From Bacteroidota bacterium (GTDB lineage: Bacteria > Bacteroidota > Bacteroidia > Bacteroidales > VadinHA17), in contig JADFQJ010000001.1 of assembly GCA_022561875.1 (NCBI GenBank), positions 96,501 through 160,500 of the forward strand: a stretch of DNA of 64,000 nt. The letters are read 5' to 3'. Each line of letters begins with the position of its first letter. The stretch's first letter is position 1. Below, piece after piece: positions 17,371 through 25,955 of this stretch. The notes beneath the pieces were generated by a model. That model was not told the origin of the DNA and did no database searches. It saw nothing but the letters and a program-made list of their open reading frames with translations. A program made the position numbers and the translations under genes.

Positions 17371-18756
17371 TTAAGCGGTAGTGCCAGCTTCCTGTTTCCT
17401 GAACCAGGAAAAAATTTCATCCATTTCCGTAATTATAGAATTGTGGATATCTGACAAGGATAATAATTGCTGATCCTTTCTGGTATGTAGTAGGAAGAAC
17501 CTCCAACCGGTTCTGAGTTTCTTTACACGGTCTGAATAATAAAAAGCAAAAGCTCCGGATACCGGTAGGCTAAGAAAATACCCTGCTGTGTAAATACCGG
17601 ATAAAGGAAGCAAAGAAACCAGAAGTGTCTGGATCAGGTAAAACAATGGGAAAAGTATCATTGAAACAACAAATTTTATCGAATTGTGAAACTGCTTTTC
17701 TTTGATTTTACCTGAAAGCCATTCCGGGATATAGAATGGAAGGAAGTTGTTAATAAAACCATATATAAAAACCGGCAGGAATAACAGAGCAGCCAGACTT
17801 TTAAGTAATAGATTGATCAATGATGAGGGTCCGTTTTCAAGAACCTGGTGGTCAATATTTAGCTTTGTGCTCAATTGTGTGAATTGTTCAACCTTTTCAT
17901 GCAAATTATCCAGTCCGTCACCGAATTTATCGTGGTATTTATTGAGGACATTAACGGTTTTTTGATCCAGTTCAAGGGCTAAAGGTTGTTTGTACTCGTT
18001 AATTCCCTGATTTTTCGCCATTTTACTGCCATAAATAAGCCTGATTCTATTATAAAGATCATAATAACGGCTGGTTTCAATATGCAACATCAGTTCCTTT
18101 AACCTGTCACTGATCTCCTCCTTCAATGCTCTCATTCCTTTTTGGGGGTTTTCGAGATATAATTCTTTGAATTTCCTGACTTCAATTGGTTTGCCGAATT
18201 TGATAACTAATGTGCTTCTTATTTTTTGGTGGCTGCTGTAATCGAGTCCAACAGGAATAATCTTTATGTTGAGGTTGAAGTTCGTAGATTCTTCCGATTG
18301 AAAAGCTATACGGCATATTCCCTTTTTTAAAACCTGAAGACGTCTGAATTTTGAATGGTTCCCTTCAGGAAGTATTATCAGTCCGTTCTTGTTTTTGATA
18401 ACATCAATGGTTTTATCAAAGGTCTTTTTATTATTTCCGATAGTGTCAATACCATCCCTGATTCTGTAGATAGGCAACATCTTGAACAGATACAAGAGAT
18501 TTGCTATAAAGGGTTTATTAAAAATGTCTGACCGCGCCACGAAAACCGGCTGTCTTTTCAGGTTAGTGGCAACAGCAAAAGCATCCATCAAAGAACTCTG
18601 GTGATTTGGTGCAAATATCAGATGTCCATTTTGGGGTATGTTCTCTTTATTCAGGACTATTATTTTTTTATAAAAGACATTGTTTTGCCAGAAGCTCACC
18701 CATTTTCTGAGGAGATCATATCTCAACGACCATTTTTCAATATTCTCAATACTCAT
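17371..18756 (-). CDS. PlsC-family acyltransferase with C-terminal membrane domain
   Basis: NHQSSLMD (HxxxxD), FVAR, LPEG and IIPVGL motifs. Confidence 0.88.
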   Translation of the reverse strand: MSIENIEKWSLRYDLLRKWVSFWQNNVFYKKIIVLNKENIPQNGHLIFAPNHQSSLMDAFAVATNLKRQPVFVARSDIFNKPFIANLLYLFKMLPIYRIRDGIDTIGNNKKTFDKTIDVIKNKNGLIILPEGNHSKFRRLQVLKKGICRIAFQSEESTNFNLNIKIIPVGLDYSSHQKIRSTLVIKFGKPIEVRKFKELYLENPQKGMRALKEEISDRLKELMLHIETSRYYDLYNRIRLIYGSKMAKNQGINEYKQPLALELDQKTVNVLNKYHDKFGDGLDNLHEKVEQFTQLSTKLNIDHQVLENGPSSLINLLLKSLAALLFLPVFIYGFINNFLPFYIPEWLSGKIKEKQFHNSIKFVVSMILFPLFYLIQTLLVSLLPLSGIYTAGYFLSLPVSGAFAFYYSDRVKKLRTGWRFFLLHTRKDQQLLSLSDIHNSIITEMDEIFSWFRKQEAGTTA

Positions 18757-18827
18757 AGAAACAAGTTTTAAAAACAGGTAGAAAGATATAAAATTCCGGT
18801 AATTGTAAGAAATCTGCCTTTTGAATA

Positions 18828-19370
18828 TCAGATTTCCATCTTTTCCTCTTCCACCTTTTTATAAATAACTGCAAGGCCTGCCAGGAGTTGGCTGAAAGTT
18901 GCAAATGCTGTTTGCGTAGCAGGGTTTACTTCAATCCCTTCAAGCCGCATTAAAAGAAGGAAATAGAGTCCGTTAAAACAAACCTCAATATCGTTATCAA
19001 TTAACTGTTTCAACTTTTTTTTAAACTCTTCAATGTGTGGCCGGGCCAACCGGTATTTCTGATTGTACTGAGTTTGTTCGGAGGCATTAAGTAAACGGGA
19101 ATGCAGATCGTTCATCTCATTAATGATCTCCATAATGAGCCGGAGGTGCCCCTTTTCCCTGAGTCCTTCTCTGATCATCATATTGATCAAACCCTCATAC
19201 CATGACCGGATCTCATTTTTGATTTGCTGAGGTTGCACGAATCTACGTATGATATTACGGTCAATTTTATCAAGATCAAACCCGTTCGCTCTGATCAGAT
19301 CCTCAATTTCCCACATATACAGTACATATTCGGCTATATTGTTTTTTCTTTTTCCCCGGGCTATTATCAT
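18828..19370 (-). CDS. DUF4924 family protein
   Basis: NIAEYVLYMWEIEDLIRA and EKGHL motifs of this Bacteroidota family. Confidence 0.8.
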   Translation of the reverse strand: MIIARGKRKNNIAEYVLYMWEIEDLIRANGFDLDKIDRNIIRRFVQPQQIKNEIRSWYEGLINMMIREGLREKGHLRLIMEIINEMNDLHSRLLNASEQTQYNQKYRLARPHIEEFKKKLKQLIDNDIEVCFNGLYFLLLMRLEGIEVNPATQTAFATFSQLLAGLAVIYKKVEEEKMEI

Positions 19371-19459
19371 AAAAATTCCTGGTTTTCCGTTCTTGGTTTT
19401 AATTTTCAGTTTTCAGTTTTGTTATCTGGTTTCTCAACCTTAGTCTTCTTCACAAGGTT

Positions 19460-19855
19460 TCATGTCGGAAAAGGGTCTTTATAATTATCAATAATCCTTC
19501 TTTCTTTTTTGGTAGGCCGGCCATCACCCCTTTTTCTGTAGCCAAATCCGGGTAATTCTTTAACTTTTAACTTGTCAAATTCCTCGCGGGGGGTTAAGTC
19601 TTCAAAATATTCTTTAGCCAGTTTTGTTGAAAGTCTTTTGCCGGGCAATCCTTTTATCCTGTAAGTAAAGACGACAGGTAACTTTTTAACTTTTATTACA
19701 TCATCCGAAGAAACATTTCTGGATGGTTTTGCAGGCAGTTCATCAATAAAAATTTTCCCTTTTCGGCAGGCTGCAGCTGCCATACTACGTGTTTTGTAAA
19801 TCCTTACCGCCCAAAGCCATTTATCAATCCGGACTTTTTCCCCGTCAGCAACCAT
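19460..19855 (-). CDS. hslR: S4-domain RNA-binding protein / Hsp15
   Basis: RIDKWLWAVRIYKTRS...GRPTKKERR. Confidence 0.9.
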   Translation of the reverse strand: MVADGEKVRIDKWLWAVRIYKTRSMAAAACRKGKIFIDELPAKPSRNVSSDDVIKVKKLPVVFTYRIKGLPGKRLSTKLAKEYFEDLTPREEFDKLKVKELPGFGYRKRGDGRPTKKERRIIDNYKDPFPT

Positions 19856-19953
19856 TTATGTTTATGTTAAGTTTTTTATTGTCCTGAAAAATACAAAATC
19901 AAGCCGGTGAAATCAAAAAGCAGAACAAATGAGTGAAAAAGTGTCTGCCGGAA

Positions 19954-20520
19954 TCATTTTTTCCGGTTATAAAGATTCATAGTGCGTTTAATTCCAATTG
20001 TACCGAAACTCCGGATAATTTCAACAGACTTATTTACCAACCCGGTGAGTTGTTTTTCTTCCTCATTTGTCCATTTTCCTAAAACATAATTAACCTGGGC
20101 TCCCTTGCCAAACTCACTGCCAATACCAAAACGCAGACGAGCATAATTATTGTGGCCTAAAATTGTTGAAATGTTATTTAATCCGTTATGCCCGGCGTCA
20201 CCACCACGAGACCTTAGTCTGAGTGAACCGAAAGGTAAGGAGAAGTCATCAACTAAAACAAGCAATTTCTCAACAGCTATTTTTTCTTTTTGTAACCAGT
20301 AGTTTACTGCTTTCCCGCTCAAATTAACGTAAGTTGTAGGTTTTAACAGGACAAAAGTGCGTCCTTTATATTTATATTCACCCCTGAAGCCATAGCGTTT
20401 ATCCTGAAAATCAATATTGGACAACCCGGAAAGAGCGTCCAATATTGTAAATCCGATATTATGGCGTGTATTCTGATATTCTCCGCCAAAATTTCCTAAC
20501 CCTGCGATCAGAAATTTCAA
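19954..20520 (-). CDS. pth: Peptidyl-tRNA hydrolase
   Basis: AGLGN, TRHNIGF, KPTTYVNLSG and GHNGL; TTG start. Confidence 0.96.
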   Translation of the reverse strand: MKFLIAGLGNFGGEYQNTRHNIGFTILDALSGLSNIDFQDKRYGFRGEYKYKGRTFVLLKPTTYVNLSGKAVNYWLQKEKIAVEKLLVLVDDFSLPFGSLRLRSRGGDAGHNGLNNISTILGHNNYARLRFGIGSEFGKGAQVNYVLGKWTNEEEKQLTGLVNKSVEIIRSFGTIGIKRTMNLYNRKK

Positions 20521-20537
20521 AATAAGGGGTTATTTAA

Positions 20538-21239
20538 TTATTCAGATTTTTCTTCTTTCCGGTCTTCTTCCGGCTTTTCTTCAACTGCTTCAGCACCTTC
20601 AGCTGCTGCTTCTCCTTCAGCAGGTTTAGCTTCAGCCACAAGTTCAGCCTTTTTAGCCTCGATATCTTCAATAGCTGTAAGCATAGCTTTGGAGACAATT
20701 CTGGCTGAAACTATTGAAATAATCATTGCCCCTGAAGAGTCGAGAAATTCCAATCCTTCGAATTCAATATCTTCAATCCTGATTGTATGACCAATATCAA
20801 ACTCGGTAATATCTATTTCAATAAACTCAGGGAAGTCTTTAGCAAGACCTCTGACTTTAAGGTGTCTTCTTCTGATACGTAGTCTTCCACCGGCCTTTAA
20901 GCCGACTGATTCACCAACAATCCTGACAGGGATATTAATGATCACAAGTTGATCGAGGTCAAACTCTTTAAAGTCAGCATGGATGATCTTATCAGTTACC
21001 GGATGAAACTGAAGGTCCCTGATAACCGCATTGTGAATATCCCCTCCTATATCAATTTTCAGAAAATATACATTTGGTGTATATACAATATCTTTGAAAT
21101 TAAGTTCAGGCATAGAAAAATGTATGGTTTCTTTACCTCCGTACATTACACAAGGTACTTTTTCTTCCATTCTTAATTTCCTGGAGTGTTTTTTACCTGT
21201 ATCCTTCCTTTTAGTACCTTTTAACTCGATCGTTTTCAT
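20538..21239 (-). CDS. rplY: 50S ribosomal protein bL25 / Ctc (long form)
   Basis: VPCVMYG, LQFHPVTDKIIHADF and TL5-like C-terminal domain with acidic tail. Confidence 0.95.
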   Translation of the reverse strand: MKTIELKGTKRKDTGKKHSRKLRMEEKVPCVMYGGKETIHFSMPELNFKDIVYTPNVYFLKIDIGGDIHNAVIRDLQFHPVTDKIIHADFKEFDLDQLVIINIPVRIVGESVGLKAGGRLRIRRRHLKVRGLAKDFPEFIEIDITEFDIGHTIRIEDIEFEGLEFLDSSGAMIISIVSARIVSKAMLTAIEDIEAKKAELVAEAKPAEGEAAAEGAEAVEEKPEEDRKEEKSE

Positions 21240-21256
21240 TTTACTAAATTTTGGTT

Positions 21257-21318
21257 ATGCTACTCAAGGATTGTTTAATATTTTTAATTCTCAGTCAACA
21301 ACAATCCTCCCATCACAC
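21257..21318 (-). promoter_or_regulatory. Candidate bL25 ribosomal leader (5S rRNA loop E mimic)
   Basis: mRNA reads GUGU-GAUGGG-AGGAUUGUU-(24 nt)-AACAAUCCU-UGAGUA-GCAU: a perfect 9-bp helix with a GAUGG/GAGUA internal loop and a 4-bp closing helix, ending 17 nt before the AUG. Confidence 0.65.
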
Positions 21319-21347
21319 GTTAGTAAATAACTGATTTTTACGGGGTG

Positions 21348-21355
21348 CAAATATA
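21348..21355 (-). promoter_or_regulatory. -7 promoter box for rplY-pth
   Basis: TATATTTG(CA) on the minus strand, implying a 5' UTR of about 100 nt. Confidence 0.6.
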
Positions 21356-21360
21356 ATAAC

Positions 21361-22299
21361 TTATTGTATAAAACTATCACTAATTGATTGATAATTGTAA
21401 ACTTTGTCGATCACCTCAGCAAAAATTTTAGCCACGGAAAGCACTTTAATTTTGTTTGATTCCTGTTTTAAAGGAATAGAATCAGTTACGAGGAGTTCTT
21501 TGATTGGTGAGTTTTCGATTCTTTCATACGCAGGACCTGACAGGATCGCATGTGTTGTAGCTGCACGGATACTTTTTGCTCCTTTGTCCATCATCATACG
21601 TGCAGCTAAAGTGATAGTCCCGCCGGTATCAACCATATCGTCAACAATAACAATATTCTTGTCCTTCACATCACCAATTACCTGTATCTCATCAACATAA
21701 TTTGCTTTTTTTCTTAATTTATAGCAAATAACCATTTCAGATTTAAGAAATCTGGAATAAGCATTAGCCCGTTTTGTTCCTCCCATATCAGGTGCCGCAA
21801 TTACCAGATCTTCAAGGTTGAGGTTTTTAATATATGGTACAAAAAGTGATGAGGCAAAGATATGATCAACCGGAACGTTAAAAAATCCCTGAATTTGATC
21901 GGCATGGAGATCCATGGTCATTACACGGTCAACTCCGGCAGTGGTGAGAAGATCGGTTACCAGCTTAGCCCCGATTGAGACCCGTGGTTTATCTTTCCTG
22001 TCCTGACGGGCAAACCCGTAATATGGGATGACCGCAACGATATTGTATGCAGAAGCTCTTTTGGCAGCATCGATCATCATCAATAACTCGAACAGATTAT
22101 CCATAGGTGGAAATGTTGATTGCATTATATAAACATTACAGCCTCTTACTGATTCATCATATGAGGGCTGAAACTCACCATCGCTGAATTCCACCACGGA
22201 ACTTTTACCAAGTTCACTTCCGAAATTTTTAACGATCTTCTCTGCCAGGTAGCGTGTTGCTCTACCTGAAAAAAATTTTATAGGAGCTTTGATTTCCAT
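21361..22299 (-). CDS. prs: Ribose-phosphate pyrophosphokinase
   Basis: FSDGE, YYGFARQDRK, MDLHA, PDMGG and VDDMVDTGGT. Confidence 0.97.
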   Translation of the reverse strand: MEIKAPIKFFSGRATRYLAEKIVKNFGSELGKSSVVEFSDGEFQPSYDESVRGCNVYIMQSTFPPMDNLFELLMMIDAAKRASAYNIVAVIPYYGFARQDRKDKPRVSIGAKLVTDLLTTAGVDRVMTMDLHADQIQGFFNVPVDHIFASSLFVPYIKNLNLEDLVIAAPDMGGTKRANAYSRFLKSEMVICYKLRKKANYVDEIQVIGDVKDKNIVIVDDMVDTGGTITLAARMMMDKGAKSIRAATTHAILSGPAYERIENSPIKELLVTDSIPLKQESNKIKVLSVAKIFAEVIDKVYNYQSISDSFIQ

Positions 22300-22330
22300 T
22301 ATTATTGATTTGAATGATGCCTGAAGGTGA

Positions 22331-22338
22331 CAAAGTTA
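22331..22338 (-). promoter_or_regulatory. -7 promoter box for prs
   Basis: TAACTTTG on the minus strand, 31 nt upstream of the ATG. Confidence 0.5.
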
Positions 22339-22419
22339 ATAATCTCTCTATATTTGAATGTATCGGAATTTCAAAATTATTCGTTGATTAATAATAACCG
22401 AAATTAGTGTTAATATCAA

Positions 22420-23028
22420 TCAAATATTGCTTTTTAAATATCTGTTATTCTTTTCAATAAAGTCAAGTATTTCATTTTTTCCCAGTTTTTTTCTTACTGA
22501 AGTGTTAAAAATGTCGGGGAGAAATTCCCAATGCAGTAACAGCTCTTTCTTATAACTAAAAGTATTCTTTTTCAATTCGTTTTCAGAAAGCTTATCTGTT
22601 TTGGTAAAAACCATCACAAAAGGAATCTGGTTGTGCCCGAGAAATTCCATAAACAAAACATCATTTTTTTGTGGTGGGTGACGGGAATCAAGAAGTACAA
22701 ACAAACATATTAAATTCTCTCTTTTCAAAATATAGTTTAAAGTTGTCTTATTCCATTGCTTCTTGATATCCTTTGAAGCTTTTGCGTACCCGTAGCCGGG
22801 AAGGTCAACAAGATACCAACTCTCGTTTATCAGGAAATGATTAATTGTTCTTGTTTTTCCGGGAGTTGTAGATATTTTAGCCAGCTTTTTTCTGCCTGTG
22901 AGCATATTTATGAGAGATGATTTGCCAACATTTGACCTGCCGGTGAATGCATATTCCGGGTAATCAGGCGGAGGGCACTGACCTAATTTCGCACTACTTT
23001 TGATATATTCCGCGTTTTTAATGATCAT
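22420..23028 (-). CDS. yihA: Ribosome biogenesis GTPase YihA/EngB
   Basis: GRSNVGKSS, TPGKT, DLPGYG and TKTDK. Confidence 0.95.
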   Translation of the reverse strand: MIIKNAEYIKSSAKLGQCPPPDYPEYAFTGRSNVGKSSLINMLTGRKKLAKISTTPGKTRTINHFLINESWYLVDLPGYGYAKASKDIKKQWNKTTLNYILKRENLICLFVLLDSRHPPQKNDVLFMEFLGHNQIPFVMVFTKTDKLSENELKKNTFSYKKELLLHWEFLPDIFNTSVRKKLGKNEILDFIEKNNRYLKSNI

Positions 23029-23074
23029 TTTAATCCTTTAACCCATTAACTCATAATTACTAATTATTCCGGGG

Positions 23075-24055
23075 TCAGGGAATAAATACTTCAATAATTT
23101 TTGACTCGCCCCGGGGGTCAAAGATTATATTATCGAGAGATGCAGGTATTAAAACAGTTTCGCCAATGTCAATATGTTCCTTGTTTTTATTGTAATATAT
23201 TGATAAGCCGCCTTTCAGACACATAATGATAACAAATGAATCAATCAGCGAATAGTCTTTTTTAACAGGTTTGTTGAAATCCAAAATGGTTGTCTGGAAA
23301 TAGTCACATTCTGCAATGGTTATAGATTGGTTTTTCTTTTTTTCATACAGTGTTTTGTAATTGTCAGATACAGAGAAGTCTAAAGCGTCAAGTGCAAGTT
23401 CAGTATGTAGTTCTCTGCTGTTACCATTCTTGTCCTTTCTGTCCCAGTCGTAAATTCTATAGGTGATATCTGAAGTTTGCTGTATCTCGGCAAGGAGTAT
23501 CCCTTTTCCGGTAGCATGCACCCTGCCTGCAGGAATAAAAAACACTTCTCCGGTCTCTGCTTTTTCAATATTAAGAATTTGCGTAAGGCGACCTTCCCGG
23601 AGATATTCCTGGTATTTTTGTTTACTGACTTCATGTTTGAACCCGGTGATTATACTTGAGTCTTTATCAGCCTGAACGATGTACCACATCTCGGTTTTGC
23701 CATACGCATTATGCCGCTTGCGGGCAAGTTTATCATCCGGATGTACCTGAATGGATAGTACTTCGTTCGCATCGATAAACTTAACAAGCAGGGGAAATTC
23801 AATTCCGAATTTTTCAAACATTCTATCTCCAACCAGATCACCCATATATGCCTCCATAAGTTCCTGAAGGTTGCTTCCCGCGAGCTTACCGTTTGAAACA
23901 ATGGAAATATTTTCCCGGACTCCTGATATCTCCCAGCTCTCACCAATTTTTATATCATGAGGGCAGTCTTTACCCAGGATAGTATTTAATTTGTTACCAC
24001 CCCATATCTTTTCTTTAAAAATGGGCTTGAATTTTAACGGGTACAAGAAATCCAT
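23075..24055 (-). CDS. manA: Mannose-6-phosphate isomerase, class I
   Basis: IWGG, GESWE, LSIQVHP, GKTEMW and EIQQTSDITYR. Confidence 0.93.
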   Translation of the reverse strand: MDFLYPLKFKPIFKEKIWGGNKLNTILGKDCPHDIKIGESWEISGVRENISIVSNGKLAGSNLQELMEAYMGDLVGDRMFEKFGIEFPLLVKFIDANEVLSIQVHPDDKLARKRHNAYGKTEMWYIVQADKDSSIITGFKHEVSKQKYQEYLREGRLTQILNIEKAETGEVFFIPAGRVHATGKGILLAEIQQTSDITYRIYDWDRKDKNGNSRELHTELALDALDFSVSDNYKTLYEKKKNQSITIAECDYFQTTILDFNKPVKKDYSLIDSFVIIMCLKGGLSIYYNKNKEHIDIGETVLIPASLDNIIFDPRGESKIIEVFIP

Positions 24056-24069
24056 TGTTTAATTAAAGG

Positions 24070-24402
24070 CTATTTTCCAAACTTTTTTTTTCTTTTTCTT
24101 TTGATCTCATAATCAATCACAGCCTTGGTTTTTGAGATCATGCTGATCTTTTCCCTGGCAAAAATATGGTCGGGATGATTAAGATAGGTCTGAAGTTCTT
24201 CCCGGTTTCTGAAGGTTGCGTCAATTACTACATCAAAAGCACAATTTGAAGTGTTGAAATTCAATCCTACCTGAAATGAAAAAATTTCCTTGATATTATC
24301 TTTTAACACCTCAAAAGTAGATTTAATCTCATGGGCTTTCTTAAGTTTATCTTCTTCACTTTCGTACTCTTCGATCTTAAACATAATTATGTGCTTGATC
24401 AT
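24070..24402 (-). CDS. Dabb family (stress-responsive A/B barrel) protein
   Basis: MIKHIIMFK...YLNHPDH...VIDYE. Confidence 0.85.
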   Translation of the reverse strand: MIKHIIMFKIEEYESEEDKLKKAHEIKSTFEVLKDNIKEIFSFQVGLNFNTSNCAFDVVIDATFRNREELQTYLNHPDHIFAREKISMISKTKAVIDYEIKRKRKKKFGK

Positions 24403-24474
24403 TTTTGAATTATTTTTAATTAATTAGTACTTTGGTTCAGGTTTTAAAACTTAACGGGCTAAAGTAATGAAAAT

Positions 24475-25107
24475 ATGTTAATAGTAGGTATCGCCGGAGG
24501 TACTGGCTCGGGAAAAACAACAGTTGTTAAAAAGATCATAGAAAAATTGCCGGAAAACGAAGTGGTTGTAATAACTCAGGATTCATATTATAAAGATAAC
24601 AGTCATCTTCCTATTGAACAGAGGCAGGAGATAAATTTTGACCATCCGGGTTCAGTTGAATTCCCATTACTAATCAATCATCTGGAAAAGTTAAAAAATG
24701 GAAAGATTATTGATATGCCAATTTATTCCTATCTTACATGTACAAGAGCGGATGAGACAGTTAAACTGCAGCCGAAACATGTAGTTATCGTGGAAGGTAT
24801 AATGATACTTACTCATGAGAAACTCAGGGAGATGCTGGATATCAGGGTGTTCGTCGATGCAGACGCCGATGACCGGTTAGCCCGTGTTATGAAAAGAGAT
24901 ATTGTTGAGCGTGGACGTTCAGTTGATAAAGTACTTGAGCGTTACGAAAAAACCGTAAAACCTATGCATCTGCAGTTTATCGAACCTTCAAAAAGATTTG
25001 CGGATATAATTGTTCCGCAGGGTGGAAATAATGAAGTGGCTATTAGTATTTTAACCTCAATTATTGAGAAAAACCTTTTAAAATCATCCGGGAAATCAGA
25101 TATCTGA
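24475..25107 (+). CDS. udk: Uridine kinase
   Basis: GIAGGTGSGKTT, QDSYY, NFDHP, RDIVERGR and FIEPSKRFADII. Confidence 0.96.
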   Translation: MLIVGIAGGTGSGKTTVVKKIIEKLPENEVVVITQDSYYKDNSHLPIEQRQEINFDHPGSVEFPLLINHLEKLKNGKIIDMPIYSYLTCTRADETVKLQPKHVVIVEGIMILTHEKLREMLDIRVFVDADADDRLARVMKRDIVERGRSVDKVLERYEKTVKPMHLQFIEPSKRFADIIVPQGGNNEVAISILTSIIEKNLLKSSGKSDI

Positions 25108-25125
25108 ATCTAAATAATTCTTTTT

Positions 25126-25857
25126 ATGCTTAGCGATATCCAATTACATTCTGTTCTGTTTGTTGATATTGAAACAGTACCTTCACAGGCAGCTTATGAA
25201 GAGATGCCATTACACTTCAGGGAACTTTGGGAAAAGAAATCTTCATATTTCAGAAAGGAAAATGAATCGGCTGAAGATGTATTTCAAAGGGCAGGAATAT
25301 ATGCAGAATTTGGAAAAATCATATGTGTATCAGTGGGTTATCTTTACCTGGACGGACAAAACAGGACAATTAGAATAAAATCCTTCTTTGGTGATGATGA
25401 AGAAAAGTTGTTAATCGGGTTTTCTGATTTATTGAATAATTATTCCAAAAAGAATAAACTTTCCCTGTGTGGACATAATGGAAAAGAATTTGATTTTCCT
25501 TACCTGGCACGCAGAATGCTGATCAATGGTATAAAGCTTCCAAAAGTGCTGGATATGGCAGGTAAAAAACCATGGGAAGTTAGTTTTATTGATACCATGG
25601 ATCTGTGGAAATTCGGAGATTACAAACATTTTACCAGTCTCGATTTACTCACACGGGTTTTTGGAATTCCAACCCCTAAGGACCAGATGGACGGTAGTAT
25701 GGTAGCTGATGTCTATTATAAGGATCATAATATCAAGGCTATTGTAGAATATTGTGAAAGAGATGTAGTGGCGGTAATACAGCTTATACTAAAATTCAGG
25801 GGGGAAGAAATAATTCCGCCTGAAAAGATAGAATCTGCAACACAATTTGAGGAGTAA
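25126..25857 (+). CDS. 3'-5' exonuclease (DEDDy, PolB-like)
   Basis: DIETVP (ExoI), GHNGKEFDFP (ExoII) and YCERDV (ExoIII). Confidence 0.88.
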   Translation: MLSDIQLHSVLFVDIETVPSQAAYEEMPLHFRELWEKKSSYFRKENESAEDVFQRAGIYAEFGKIICVSVGYLYLDGQNRTIRIKSFFGDDEEKLLIGFSDLLNNYSKKNKLSLCGHNGKEFDFPYLARRMLINGIKLPKVLDMAGKKPWEVSFIDTMDLWKFGDYKHFTSLDLLTRVFGIPTPKDQMDGSMVADVYYKDHNIKAIVEYCERDVVAVIQLILKFRGEEIIPPEKIESATQFEE

Positions 25858-25866
25858 GTAATACAA

Positions 25867-25946
25867 ATTGCGGATTGTTGATTGCGAAGGGCGAATTTAT
25901 GATTCTAACATTAACATCCGAAATCCGACAGCCCAAACCCGAAATT
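25867..25946. repeat. Inverted pair of degenerate heptamer arrays
   Basis: ATTGCGG ATTGTTG ATTGCGA AGGGCGA ATTT ... ACATCCG AAATCCG ACAGCCC AAACCCG AAATT, between convergent genes. Confidence 0.55.
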
Positions 25947-25955
25947 AAAAGAATT

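Noticed and set aside
19399-19420. TTTTCAG TTTTCAG short tandem in the hslR-DUF4924 spacer
   Set aside because: Only two units in T-rich sequence; it may belong to the heptamer class but is not distinguishable from chance.
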